Positions 11,430 through 24,728 of a stretch of 64,000 nt of DNA are shown piece by piece. The stretch covers positions 10,478,001 to 10,542,000 of the forward strand of contig OX597832.1 of assembly GCA_951406725.2 (NCBI GenBank), read 5' to 3'. Made by a program: the position numbers and the translations under genes. The first letter of the stretch is position 1. Every line of letters begins with the position of its first letter. The notes beneath the pieces are model-generated. The model was not told the origin of the DNA and did not search any database. It worked only from the letters and a program-made list of their open reading frames with translations. This stretch comes from Octopus vulgaris (taxonomy: Eukaryota).

Positions 11430-12480
11430 CTCTTTTCTTTTTATCACAGATGCACATATCGTCAGCCACTAAGGGACATGCTCAACTGGTTAAGGTGAAA
11501 CAACTGACAAGCAAATCTGTGGTATTGAGAATGATATTTGCTGTAGCCCATCTTTTATACCAAGATTCACCTATTTCAGTTCCATTTCCATATGTTGCCA
11601 AGTGTCTACCTGACACCTAGGAAAGAGAAGCGTTTTATATTCATTGGTAGGCCATTAAAACAAGCACACCAGTTCATTTGCAGATTCCTGAGACAGAAAA
11701 AACAGGGAAGACAGAGAGCAAAAGCAATAAATTAAAAAATAGAAAAGTAAAGAAATAAATGCTCTTCTCAATACGTGTAACAGACATACCCCTTTAGATA
11801 ACCATTTGCACTTCCTGGATGGATGGTAAGCCAGAGATCATTCTTAAATAATGTTCAGTTCCTTTTTTCTCATTGAAGGTGCTACTACAGTCACTGATAT
11901 TGCAACCATCCTGAGATGCCACATATTTTCGATTTCGATTAGCAGATCTTTATATTTTCTGCGCATATCAAATTCTTTTGCCGAGATTTTATTTTCATAG
12001 GGTATGCTCACGTCAATCAGTAAACATACTTTACTGATTTTGTCTTTCACAACAATATCTAGGTTATTTGCCTTCACGGTCCGATCTGTACATATTGGGA
12101 AGTTTGAAAGAATTGTTACATTTTCCTCCATGAGTTACAGCTTCAGGGTGGTGCATGTAAAATTTGTCAGCAGTTCTGATTTTATAATGCCGACACATTA
12201 TCCAATGTTGATGTTGGCCAACTCATGTTTTGATTCGTACTGTATTGGTACTAAAACCTTACATCCAGAGATTAGTTGGTCGACTGTTTCTATCCCATCG
12301 CCGCAGTTTCGGCTCTTTGCGTCTACACCAATTTTCATCATATTGACTTCATAGATCTGAGTCAATAAACTCGGATCTTGGGCAACCATGATAAAGCATT
12401 CACTTTCTGCCTTTAGCTCTAAGCTCCCTAGCCCCTGATTTTTGTAGATGTTCTACCTTTACAAAAGGTCCAGCCTGTGA
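11430..12480 (-). mobile_element. Decayed R4/Dong-like LINE 3' portion (zinc knuckle, REL endonuclease, probable 3' UTR)
   Basis: ORFs 12198-12389 (AKSRNCGDGIETVDQLISGCKVL) and 11844-12131 (TDRTVKANNLDIVVKDK..CLLIDVSIP...KYKDLLIEIENMWHL). The 3' boundary is inferred from the (TTA)n tract at 11367-11430. Confidence 0.85.
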
Positions 12481-12627
12481 CAGAATCAACATTGTCATAG
12501 TAATGCCATCATCATTAATATCGTCATCATCATCATCACCATCATCATCAACTTCATTGTCGAACACCCCTTCGATGAGATCCTCGTTTCCCAATTTCTC
12601 AGGAACTTGATGTAGACAAACACACCC

Positions 12628-12628
<1 letters not shown>

Positions 12629-12694
<66 letters not shown>

Positions 12695-12715
12695 GTCGGT
12701 CTGTCTGTCTGTCTA

Positions 12716-12792
<77 letters not shown>

Positions 12793-12797
12793 ATCTT

Positions 12798-12858
<61 letters not shown>

Positions 12859-12930
12859 ATGTCTGTCTGTCTGTCTATTCATCTATCTATCTAGCGATCT
12901 TTCAATCCATCTCTATCTGTCTATCTATCT
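12629..12930. repeat. (ATCT)n/(GTCT)n/(TA)n compound microsatellite
   Basis: Direct tetranucleotide tandem array. Confidence 0.95.
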
Positions 12931-13511
12931 ACGTACCTACTCATCTGTAATTATACATATATGAATATACATATATAGGAGAAATTTTGGTTTAAGAACG
13001 CCTTATAATTCTTCACAATATTTTATTTTCTGGAATTTTCAGAAACTTTTGGTGAATTCGTGTTCTATGCACTGCAATTCATACAATTATGGAAAACAAG
13101 ATTGTGTCATTTAAGGGTGATTTAGCTTTTCTTTCAGCACATATCACGACTACCTCATACCTTGTATCTTTTTCTCCGTGGCAGGTATTGGTATTTTTCA
13201 ATACTTTTCTCTGAATTTAACTGAATGATGGTGCATCCAAGAATTACCAATTACTGGGGTTTAAGCACCAATATTCGGATCGTCTGTATTTGAAGCTCTG
13301 ATTTCTAAAAAGAATTAAAAAAGAGTGGAAGTTTTCGGATTTAGTGGCGGGCTTTAAAAGCTTTAAAGAAAGTTGTTTTTACGTACTCTTATGAGTTCCC
13401 GTGTGTAGAACAAATTCCCAAATTTTAACTGAGAATTCAAAAAAACATATTTAAAAAGTTATGGTGGATTATATGGTGTGCTTAACCCAGAATTTTGCCT
13501 ATATGTATATA

Positions 13512-13550
<39 letters not shown>

Positions 13551-13695
13551 GCACACGCAGGCAGAAACACACACGCATTCACACACAAACACACAGACAC
13601 ACATACACGTACACATATAGACTCACACGCACATAGAAACACACTCATACACACATGTATGAGACAGCTCATGTACTGTTTCCATTTATTAAATA

Positions 13696-14568
13696 CGTGG
13701 TCTGATCAATAAGCATCCAGACTGTTACTATAGTAACGAAGCTAAAGCATCTAGTGTAAAGAATCGCTTGGCAAAGATTGACCTGCAACTCTGTTACGTA
13801 TGTGCAATAAGTTTTAACGTTGTAGCTCATTTCCGCCATTTAGAGCAGTGCTTGGGAGAAAGATGTGTAGCGTGTGATCGTCTCCATTAGCCATGACAGA
13901 GTTGTCATGGCGATCCCTGATTAGAGTCCTACGCTAAGTTGCAGAAAGTTTATGGAGAGGTGTGTATACGCCGCATACAACTGTACGAGTGGTCCAGACG
14001 TTTTCAAAGTGGCCGAAAAAATGTCGATATTGACGAACGTTCTTGGAAACACGCAACCAGCAGAACTGAGAAAAACTTCGCAGATATGCGTGCAGCTGTG
14101 AAGGAAAATCGTCGAATCCCCATCCGTGAGTTATCAGAGGATGTGCAGATTAGTTACGGTTCAGTTCAATACACTATCACTGAGGATTTCGGTATAAGGC
14201 GAGTGTTTGCCAAGTTTGAATCAAAAAAGTTTTCAGCTGACCGAAAAGACGCTCCAGTTGCAAAAAATCTCATTGAGTATGTCGAGAACGGTGAAAACTT
14301 TGCGTAGGCCTCTGATCAGGTATTTTTGACAAAATTTGATGCAGATTTTCTGCTCGATTTTCTCTGACATGTTCAATGTGATTATTACACGCTACACACC
14401 TTCCTTCGAAGCATTGTTGTAAAAAACAGAAATTAGCTACAGCGTTAAAACTTAGTGTGCATGCGCAACCAGCAGAGTTTAAGGTCAATCTGTTTGAAGC
14501 GACTTTACTCTGCGTGATTTGGCTTCGTTACTATGGTAAACGTCCGGATACTTATTGATCATATCACG
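13696..14568 (+). mobile_element. Non-autonomous mariner derivative with ~185-bp imperfect TIRs and TA TSD
   Basis: TA|CGTGGTCTGATCAATAAGCATCCAGAC at the left end and GTCCGGATACTTATTGATCATATCACG|TA at the right end. Inverted homology extends over 13696-13880 versus 14385-14568. Confidence 0.9.
13939..14307 (+). pseudogene. Mariner transposase N-terminal HTH DNA-binding region only (no catalytic domain)
   Basis: QKVYGEVCIRRIQLYEWSRRFQSGRKNVDIDERS...ENRRIPIRELSEDVQISYGSVQ..ITEDFGIRRVFAKF. Confidence 0.85.
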
Positions 14569-15321
14569 TATACAAATAATTACAATGCATCGTGTGGCCC
14601 TTCCTGATGCCAGAACGATCTATTTCAAGATGGCGTGCATTGAGCCTCAACATAAAATCACATGGTTGTAAGACGAAGTAACGTAGATGAGAAACATAGC
14701 TTTGACCTAAATATCTTCATACTAAATACACATTATCTCCATGTATTCTCGACTGTTTTCATAGTGAAACAGAGATTTTCCATTGGTGTAACAAGCAGAT
14801 GAATCGGATGTACTTTCCCCACTAATCCACCATATCTCTTTTCGTATAAAATTTATATTTTATGTCAAGAGAAATAATATCTTTTATGAGATATCTGTGC
14901 AATTCATGTAAGAGGAAGTGTGGTTGGCTACAGAACTGTTGTTGCCTTGTAGAAGCCAAATTTCCGATCTTTTGGGCTTATGTAATTTTATTTCCTTATC
15001 TTGTTATTCTACGTATTGATCAGATTTATGTCAGCCATGATTGATCAGACCCATGTTAAAAAGCATCTTAAATTAACAGCAGCAACCATTTTCATTTTTC
15101 ACATATAGTGTATCAATAATGTATTACCTAATACACCTTTCTTTATTTAAGAGTTATGGTGTGATCTGGAAGAAATTGCACTTGTATTACAATCTACTAT
15201 GCAACTGCGTAGCAGTTTCTTCCTTAGATCGAGCATCTGTTTACACTTGAGCAGAGTTGATTCTGTTATTTTCGTTTGCCAATTTATTCATTCAGTCCAA
15301 ATTGAAAATACTTCCTGTCTT

Positions 15322-15530
15322 TTCATCTTGTATCTATTGTTTCAGTCATTTAACTGCGACCATGTTGGGGTATCGTTTTGAAGGGTTTTAGTCGAAGACA
15401 TGACCGCCAGGACTTATTTTTACAACCTAGTACATATTCTATCTGTCTCTCTTGCCGAACCGTTAAATTGCGAGTATGTAAATACACGAACACAGGGAGT
15501 AACGCTGTGACAAGATAATATAGGAGAGGA
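15322..15530 (-). mobile_element. SINE group A 3' half, diverged
   Basis: TTGTTTCAGTCATTTAACTGCGACCATG...CTCTTGCCGAACCGTTAA is the reverse complement of the group A tail. Confidence 0.75.
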
Positions 15531-15959
15531 GACAGATAAGAATTCACCTGTTCTGTGCGGCAGACAGAAGGAAAAGAAATGTGATCACGTGATAGACGAT
15601 AGTCACGTGTGAGCAATGAGAGAGACGATGGTCACGTGTAAGCAATGAGAATTAATGAATTAAAGAAAGGAAGAGAGAGAAAACGAAAGGGGGAGATAGA
15701 GAACAGTAGAGGGTAGAGTCGCATAAAAATCATTAGGTATAAACTTATATTAAATTGTGGCGCAACCCAAAACTTATCAACATCGAAATACTCCCCTTAC
15801 CACAAACCAAACCAAAACCTTAAATACCTTGTCACTAATACTCCTCCCCAAGCTTTCAGTCATACTGTAACATCTCTTATCCTTCACTCGCCCCAGGACA
15901 CTGGGTGTGTCTTGGCAAGTGAGTGTAACGAACATGCAGACTAAAAAATAAAAATTAGA

Positions 15960-16002
15960 TAACAAGAACAACAACAATAATAATAACAACAACAACAACA
16001 AC

Positions 16003-16086
<84 letters not shown>
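15960..16086. repeat. (AAC)n/(AAT)n microsatellite
   Basis: Tandem triplets. They are the source of the poly-Leu and poly-Ile ORFs. Confidence 0.95.
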
Positions 16087-16087
<1 letters not shown>

Positions 16088-16859
16088 CATGCATAAACAC
16101 TCATACATTCGTATATTTCTGCGAGTATGTTTTTTGAAGTCAATAACCGTATATTACATTGACATAAGAAGAACAACGTGCCCAATTTAACTTCAGAAAT
16201 GAAATATATATTTATGACACACGTCTTGAGAACGAAAAGCAAAAGTATATGTAGCTGAAGTTACATGATGGAAAACAGTATGGAAACATGAAAGAAAACA
16301 ATTTCACATAAAGGATATTTTCGCCCATCTACGTTTAAGTACGAAAAACAGAGAAATAAGATAGGAACAAGAAATTCAGTATAAAGTATAGAATACTAGA
16401 AAAGTACAAAGCTATAAGAAAATGCCCAACATAATTAAGACCTCCCCACGATTCTCTAACTTGCTGGAAGCTTTAATGTACATCTAAAACAATGTTTAAG
16501 CATTTGGAAGAGAAAAAAACCTGATATAACACGAGAACCAACAATCTTATCTTTATCACAATTGATCTAAAGATAAAAAGTTGGGTATGCTAGAATTTAT
16601 AGCAACACAGGAAATACCACAGCATTCTACAGTTATATGGTGGGGCAAGAGTCTTTCTTTTATCTATATTTTTATAATCTGCTTTGCCTTTTTTTTTCAA
16701 GATGTTTGTTTTCTCAGTGTTGACACTTTCGTTATTTCTAAATATCTGTATTCGCTTTCTGTATTGCTATTCGCGAATGTATCTTTATGAAAAGCATGAG
16801 GGATATCATGATGCATGAACGGAACGTTGACTCATTAGGTATAAAAGGCACCTAAATTT

Positions 16860-18150
16860 ACCAGCATGTCATTCGTTTCCAGAACGCAGCAAGCATATCA
16901 AGACTGACACGAAAGCGGATAGAGCAAGCACCGGACGTCCACATGCTGGTCAACGTTCATGGTCATTGCCAATGACACGAACTGTAGTATTCGGAGAATT
17001 GAGCGGCTGAAGGTACGATACACTGCTACAAAGAGCATGGATAATCGTCCACGCAGTGGCCAAACGAAGGTCACACCGGCACGTCAAGATCGCCACCTTC
17101 ACCTACAGCACTTGCAAGACCGATTCTAGAAGGCAGTAAAATCAGCTAGGCAGACCATAGGGACAACCCAGAGGCTCATTGGGCTGAGACAGTTCGCCGT
17201 CGTCTAAGATCTTTCAATCTGTCATGTCGACGTTAGGCTAGGGGTCCCATCCTCACAGATCATCATCGACGGGCACATCTGCAGTGGGCTAACGATATCA
17301 ACAGTGGGAGATTGTAGTCGTCTCTGATGAAAGTCGATATTGCATTTCTAGGGAAGATGGCAGGGCTAGGATTTGGAGTATGTGTGAATGTCATGCCGAT
17401 GGCTGTGTGGTGGAGAAGGTCTCATGAGGAGGACAGAGCATCATGGTATAAGGCGGCGAGCTAGCAGAATCGTTAGCACGCCGGGCGAAATGCGTAGCCG
17501 TATTTCGTCTGCCGTTACGTTCTGAGTTCACATTCCGCCGAGGTCGACTTGCCTTTCATCATTTAGCCCCTTGTGGGTAGTAAAAAATAAGTATAGGGCG
17601 GGATTGCACTCACGCTGAAACCGGTGGCCTTCTAAAACATCAACCAAAACCGGGTCGATCGAGTAACCGCTGATCGCTATATCTAACAAGCTCTGACGCC
17701 TCACATTTTGTCATAGTTTGCTCCTCATCATAATCACGTGTTCCAACACGACAAAGCCCGTGCCCATACTTCCAGGTTGACAACATATTTCTTCCAGCAA
17801 CACAACATCCAAACACTGCCATGGCCTGTTCTAAGTCATGCCTTGAACCCGATAATTCACCTGTGCAACGAAATTAAAACAAGGCTGAATGACATCCATC
17901 CAAGTCCGACAACTGTGGTACAACCCATTGCAAGTTTTAACAGCTGATATCTCCATGCCATTCATCAATCGTTTGATACCTTCAATGCATAGAAGATGCC
18001 TGGCACAGAACACCGTGTGACGTCAAACATGTTACAGGAAGTGACGTTTTATGATTAAGGAAGAACAGTTTCTTATTTAGCACTCTTCAATTAATGCTAT
18101 AAACTAGTTTCTATTTAGTATGTGTGCAACGTCTATTTTGTGGCCGAGTT
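16860..18150 (+). mobile_element. Decayed Tc1-family (DD34E-type) transposon, second family
   Basis: DNRPRSGQTKVTPARQDRHL...ETVRRRLR...VVVSDESRYCI...QSIMV-[SINE]-GGI...FQHDKARAHTSRLT...LPWPVLSHALNPIIHL, with multiple stops and frameshifts. Confidence 0.88.
17451..17590 (+). mobile_element. Internally deleted SINE group B nested in the Tc1 transposase
   Basis: GGCGGCGAGCTAGCAGAATCGTTAGCACGCCGGGCG...CCCCTTGTGGGTAG, flanked by a GTATA repeat. Confidence 0.88.
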
Positions 18151-18152
18151 TA

Positions 18153-18228
<76 letters not shown>

Positions 18229-18240
18229 TGATAGATATAG

Positions 18241-18308
<68 letters not shown>

Positions 18309-18345
18309 GTGTTTGCGTTCGTGTGTGTGTGCGTGTGTGTGTATT
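18150..18345. repeat. (TA)n(GA)n(TG)n compound microsatellite
   Basis: Dinucleotide arrays. Confidence 0.95.
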
Positions 18346-18689
18346 TGTGCTCGTATTTTCTGTTTTTTGGCGTATACTATAGGTATAGCGTGCGTATATA
18401 TTTCATTTCAATCTTAAATCCTTGTTAAAATTCTATTTGGTCGAAATATCTTTGGATGTAAGATTAAATTTATGTTATCTGCTTGATATTTGAATGATAG
18501 AAATTTAATTTATATTATGTAGTATATGTGAAATAGGAAATATCGTCATTATTTAAAGTTTCTATTCTTTATATCTGATGCTGAAATGTATATCCGTCTG
18601 TTATACAGGCGTGGAAATGACGAATGAGAAAAGCATGAAATCGTGCTTTAGTTGAAGATGCACTGACGTTCTGCAATGTATACCACCCC

Positions 18690-18856
18690 ACCCAGCACGA
18701 GATTCTGGTCTGTCGGAGGATTACTTATTTTGGCAGCTAAGTCGACTCGAGGAATGGGAAATGAAGTGTTTTTTTTCTGAAAAACAAAATGGATTACCCG
18801 ATTCAAGTCCAAAATCTTGAGTCCAAAATCCTAACTATTAAACCAAGCATCTCCAT
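18690..18856 (-). mobile_element. Highly diverged SINE group C
   Basis: TTTTGGCAGCTAAGTCGACT...GAAATGAAGTGTTTT resembles the core shared with the 45945 and 63705 copies. Confidence 0.55.
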
Positions 18857-19099
18857 AACTATTCTGGAAAATATCAATTTATCTCCATATAAGTAGAGGT
18901 GCTCTTTAGAATATTTTTTGTCATAGACAGATGCACAGATTTCCGCTGACTGTTGAAGCTGATCCCGTGTGAAAAAAGCTATCAAATTGCATTCTTGGTC
19001 CAGGAATCTTGGAAAGTCGCCAATTATATGGAACAATATCATACATCACGATTGAGGTGTAGCATAAAATTATATTGATAAAAAGTATGTTGGCAACAT

Positions 19100-21040
19100 T
19101 TTTTAAAGTTTTATTTTCTTTATTTATTTATTCGATGTCATCGATGAAGTAAACCAACAACTAATGAGGTATGCATTGGGTTTAATCTACCATTGTTTCA
19201 GGGGGCACAAGAATTGCACTTACGGAAGCTGGCGCTAATTTAATTTCTAATGCTATTTCCTACAGATTTTAAATTTTTTACTGTTTTCCCCGGTCTCAAG
19301 ATAAAATTTCAGGTGTATATTATACCAATCAGAGTGTCCTTGCGATGAATACGAAGTCGGGTGTTTTCTGTTGGAGTTGTTTAATTTGTTTGCTTGACTG
19401 TAGTGTTGATGACCTTGTATCTGTTGTTTCTGTGTGTGCTGCGAGTGTGGCGTCTGCGGGAATAGAAATCTGTGTGAGTGTCATTTCCTGTTTAGGTTGT
19501 TTGCGTTTGAGGGATTCTGGTGATAGTGTTTGTGATGGTTGTATTTGTGTTGGTGTTTTCGGGTAGATGTTTGCGTGGGTGGTTTTCGTATTTTTTATTG
19601 TGTTGTAATGATATGTGCTTTTTGTGCTTTCTGTTTATTTTTTTATATGTCCCTTTTGGTTTTGCTTCATCTTTCCTACTGGAAGGTGAATGGTCTGTTG
19701 CTGTAAGTATGTCTGTGTCTGTGTTTATGTTTATAAAAATGTTCATATGTGTATTTTTGTTTCATGTGTTGGGGTGGGAGAGCATTACTTGTTTCCCACT
19801 AGGTTGGTTAATGTCTTTGATGTTGCTGCTGGTGGATTTGCTGGTGGTTGTTCCGGTGGTGGTGATGTTTGGGGTTCTCGTCTTGACGTTGGCAGCAGTG
19901 ATGACCGTAGTCGGTTGCGTGCACCCAAATGAGTCATTTCTCCGCACCTGAACCAATGAGGCCTTTTGTCCTCAGTCATGATATGTATCACCGGTCTGTT
20001 TCGGAGACGGATGTGGTCTGGGATTTCTTTTATGATTTCGGGTCTGATCTGGTGAAGTAACTCTAGGTCAAACTCTCACCAGTCCTCCCTGGCAGTTCTT
20101 GTCACCTCTATAGGGACTGTACCCGTCCAATGTACGATTATGCATTACAGATGCCACCAAATATCTAGTCCTAGTGGGGCTTTTGTAATGCGGACATGGG
20201 CTGTACGTTTCTCCATGTGGGAGGGATACATGAAGACTTTGCTGGTTTTGCAGGGGATCGTTCAACGTTTCACAGCGTAAGCTGGAAATGGTGCCGTATT
20301 CTTTGGCCCTCGCTGTGAATTCAATGTAATTTCTGATGCACCTCAGCGCCGCCTCAATATCTACTTGGGCAATCAAAGCCGCTCTTTTTGTATCTGCTGT
20401 GATGCATCTGAAGAGCATCGTTCTTCTCTCCACTACTTCAATTGCCTCTGATGGGATTGTCAGAATTGCCCAACTGTTGTCTTGTTTAATTAGTTTCCAT
20501 GCCTCTGGGAACATCTGCTGCCTATTTGTGAAGTTTATGTTGTATCGGCGTTTGGCTTTTGCTGCTGCAGCTGCAAAACTATTTTTGATATTTTTTATTT
20601 CTATTGTTTTTCTTCTTATTTTTGTTGTTTTCACTGTTGCTGTGGCTTCTGCTGATTCCGTTGTTGACGTCGTTCTTATGGATGTTGCTGGTATTGGTTT
20701 AATTGCTGCTGCTGTCGTCACTTTTGTTTTCGTTGTTGTTGCTGTTGTTGTTATCGCTACTGCCACTGCTGTTGCTTTCGCTACTACTACAGCTGCTGTC
20801 AATGCTGCGACTACTGCTATTGTCATTTTTTACCGCTCTTAGTGTTTGTGCTACTATGCTTGTTACAGTGCGCTGTACTATATATCAGGTCAGTTTCGCT
20901 CTTCTCCTCCTCTTCCTCTGTATTGTTGCCTATGATGGAGGGAAGGGAAAGAAGTCTTCATCTATTACCATATTGTAGGACGGTTCGGGTTTGTTTACTT
21001 TCTCTCAATACTTTAAAGACGCGTTCCGCCATCTTGTTGA
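19100..21040 (-). mobile_element. LINE-like element carrying only a degenerate gag/ORF1
   Basis: The 5' end has CAAGATGGCGG. A Thr/Ala-rich ORF (20068-20826) continues through frameshifts into IKEIPDHIRL..HIMTEDKRPHWFRCGEMTHL (decayed CX2CX4H knuckle) and a Pro/Thr/Lys-rich tail. The 3' end is AATAAATAAATAAAGAAAATAAAA. No RT was seen. Confidence 0.6.
20068..20826 (-). pseudogene. ORF1/gag-like protein N-terminal part (252-aa open frame)
   Basis: Longest ORF in the window. A low-complexity N-terminus is followed by globular-looking sequence (AILTIPSEAIEVVERRTMLFRC). The frame is lost before the knuckle. Confidence 0.5.
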
Positions 21041-21296
21041 GTTGTATTTTTTTCATAAAATTTTAAAGCTCACCGAACTTATATGGTGGGCCTAAAATCG
21101 CCCCTCTGTGGACTACACGACCATGTAAACTTGTGCATCTATTCAGAACTAGGAATAAATTAATTATTGTAACAAGACACCAAACCTGGTGTAAATAAAT
21201 ATTTTGAAGCGATCATACTGGGAACATTCGAAAACATACCCGATGTGCTCCGCAGCAAAGATAATAATAATAATAAAAATAATAGTAACAATAATA

Positions 21297-21343
<47 letters not shown>

Positions 21344-21898
21344 AGAAGAAGAATATTGGTATAGTGCGTGCAACACTCGATTCCATATGAGAGTGTGAAA
21401 GTTTTCAGTTAATGTATTTATAATTTCTGACATCTATTTCCGATTGAAATGAAAAAATCTCAGGCCATAATCCCGGTTTCTTACAAAAATATTTTCCATA
21501 TGATACAAGCTTACATTGATGCGGTACAGGAGGAAATGTTTTTTAAATCATATATGTTTGATTGCATTTTAATAATTCTAAAAATATCTCGGAGTGGAAC
21601 GTGTATTTCGAATGAAATGTAGAATATAAATATTTGAAAGATATTTCATTTAGCAGCAGTTTAATTAATAATAGACCTCATTAGCTACATAGTTGTATAA
21701 TTATCATACGTAATTAATAAGAAATATAACTAAGTTAAATTATTTAAATTAATGTTTATCTCAAAGCATCAGAAAATACCTTGGCTATTATAGCCGTAAA
21801 CTGTTGTATGAATGTATGTGTACGTGCTGCGTGTGTGTGTGTGCGTGTGTGTGTATGTTTGTGTGTCTATATGGCTTGTATGTAAATGTGTGTGTTTG

Positions 21899-21933
<35 letters not shown>

Positions 21934-22067
21934 ATACCAATAAGAGAATATAGTCGATGTAGCGTGTAGATAATGTAATGTGTTCTGTTTCACCATACGT
22001 GATAAATTCAGAAAATTAAAAGAAAGTTAGAAGCAGTAACATCTGCCTCCCTTCGCCTCTCATTAAA

Positions 22068-22075
22068 CACATACA

Positions 22076-22109
<34 letters not shown>

Positions 22110-22210
22110 CATACATACATACATACATACATACATACATACATACATACATACATACATACATACATACATACATACATACATACATACATACATACAT
22201 ACATACATAC
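22068..22210. repeat. (ACAT)n microsatellite
   Basis: About 35 tetranucleotide units. A second array lies at 22440-22571. Confidence 0.97.
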
Positions 22211-22699
22211 TCAGATATGTAGCACACTGCTTAAATACCAATGTTGGCAATTTATGTTTCTGAAAATTAGGATAGAGAAAGTTGATTCGAAGACTACAGA
22301 CTCAAGCCCTCACCAGAACTATACACAACGGTAAAACCTTCCAGAATTTACTCATTTAAGTATATACGAGCATTTTCTAGACATGCTTGAGAAGACGTAC
22401 ATAAAACACAACATACAAAACTTCACGTACACATACATGCCTATATACATACATACGTACATACATGCGTACATACATACATTCATGCATATCTACGTAC
22501 ATCCATGCATACATACATACATACATACATACATACATACATACATACATACATACATACATACATACATACAAAGGAATACAGGTTGAATGTACCAGTG
22601 AATACCTCAATAAAATGTCAGCACAACAGACCTTATATGATGTTTTGAGACAGAGAAGTGAAACTTTGTACTGTTGTGGAAAGCAGCTTGCTCAGCGGA

Positions 22700-22975
22700 T
22701 GTTAACATAAGCGATAAACTTTTGGAAGATCTGTGAAAAGAAGAAAGCCTATGCAAAACTATTGAGAAATCTGCAGTAGCTCTATCCTGATTACAAATTT
22801 AGATTTATACTTGTAATTATTGGGACCCTGAGATATGTAACACATTGCCTAATTACCAATCTAGAGAAATTGGGATTCTCAGAACCATAAAGGAGGAAGC
22901 TAATTCAACCTCCCACTTTAAAGGGTATGTGAACAGTAAAAATATGAAACTTCTATCAAGTTCCAAATGGGAAAT
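22700..22975 (+). mobile_element. REL-endonuclease LINE C-terminal fragment
   Basis: KICEKKKAYAKLLRNLQ*LYPDYKFRFILVIIGTLRYVTHCLITNLEKLGFS matches the K..KY..L...P(V)IIG(A)LG pattern. Confidence 0.7.
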
Positions 22976-23062
22976 TGTCTGTCTTAACTGCATCGCAAAG
23001 ATGGAGCCTAGTATCTTTGTTTGAGACCGGCTCCATCCTCAGTGGAAAATAATAATAATAAT

Positions 23063-23720
23063 TTTAAAATAGAAGAGACATACATACAAACAAATCTGCC
23101 CCTGAGGCATGGTATAGTTGCAAAGAATATTTACAAAGCTGTCTCGAAGGTGGACTGCCCTGACGTACACATCAAATGCATGTCAGAACCAGCAGATACT
23201 CACATCTTTGAAAACAAGGAATTTTGGTTGAATGCCCCAAAGGAAAGTATCAGCACGGTGCAAACATAAACGACCTGATATCATTCTATGGGATAATGAA
23301 AAAATATAGAGCTTTGATGTTGAGGTTAGCTACCTAACACTTGTGAATGTATTGAAAGTGACCAGGTAAAAAAAGAATGCTTGTAAAGAATTAATGCAGA
23401 AGTTATAGATCTTGTACCCTCACTATGAATCCACTTTTGTGCCTGTCATCATGGGTGCATTAGGTTATGTACCAAAACAAATTTGCAAAAAAGCTTAGAA
23501 ATACTCGGTTTCATGGTAAAAGAGCAAAAGAAACTGACGAAGATTCTCCAAATCTAAACTATTAGTGGCACAATGTAGAGTTGTAAGACTTTCCAAAAGT
23601 TCTCTGCGATTCTTATGCGAATAGATGCATACCCTAGGTTGTATGCATCTGCAATTCAACCAACATACCAACTCAGTTACTTAATTAGAAACACCGGGAG
23701 CTCTGTTACCTCGAACAGTT
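23063..23720 (+). mobile_element. REL-endonuclease LINE 3' fragment (R4/NeSL-like)
   Basis: LRHGIVAKNIYKAV...EFWLN...CKHKRPDIILWDN...VEVS...FVPVIMGALGYVPK. Begins right after a short (AAT)n run. Confidence 0.75.
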
Positions 23721-24497
23721 TTGTTGTTTTGTTAGTAACCGACTTGAACTTAAATTATAGTAATATATATAGACTTCTGAGAGAGAGGTGGGGAGAGAGA
23801 GAGAAAGACAGAGAGAGAGACAGACAGACAGACAGACACACTGACGTACATTCATAAATCATTTCTTCTAATAGTGTTCATGTGTTTGCTAGCGTACGGA
23901 TGTGCAATTTGTACGCTTCCATTCTTCTAAGGTGTATCATTGGATTAAATTAGTTAATGAAACACGAGTCTTGGTTACGGCTTCATAGTTTTTTCCATTT
24001 CTGTAGTCTTTAGTTTATAATCGTCTTATTACACCAGTGTAATATTTTACAGATACTAATTGGAATATTGGTAATACTAATTCTCTATTGGCCACAGTAA
24101 TATAAAACATGTACAGGTGCAATAATAAAGGAACTACAAAAATCAACAAATCTAGCTTAGAAAGCGCATTAAATATTTAGTACCTAAATAAAGATATTTA
24201 TCCGCAAAGCTACGCTATAGGCCCAGAGATAATCTTTCGAAGAAATATTTCAAAATCAAACTTAATTTGGGAGAAATCATTTATGTTTCATTCTGGGTGT
24301 AAGTATCTATCCTTATTGTGACCGCAGTCTATTCCTGCTATCACAGGTGTGGCCATCTGAGGCAGAAATGAAGATGTAAATAACATATTGCCATGAATAA
24401 AAAGAGAGGAACAAAGTCATCTCTGATTCAGATTAATTTACGCTTCGAACACTTTAATCCGGTACCTGTACTTTTCAAATTCAGACTAATAGATATA

Positions 24498-24728
24498 TAT
24501 TTCTTTACTACCCACAAGGAGCTAAACACAGAGGGGACAAACAAGGACAGACAAACGGATTAAGTCGATTACATCGACCCCAGTGCGTAACTGGTACTTA
24601 ATTTATCGACCCCGAAAGGATGAAAGGCAAAGTCGACCTCGACGGAATTTGAACTCGAATCGTAACGACAGATGAAATACGGCTACGCATTTCGCCCGGT
24701 GCGCTAACGTTTCTGCCAGCTCACCGCC
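24498..24728 (-). mobile_element. SINE group B monomer
   Basis: Full-length reverse-complement match to group B. Possible TSD TAATAGATATA at 24487-24497 and 24741-24751. Confidence 0.9.

Noticed and set aside
15172-15192. AATTGCACTTGT, a miR-92-like seed match
   Set aside because: Similarity ends after 12 nt and there is no precursor hairpin.
20336-20842. 168-aa hydrophobic plus-strand ORF resembling a membrane protein
   Set aside because: It is the antisense shadow of the Thr/Ala/Lys-rich minus-strand ORF1-like frame.
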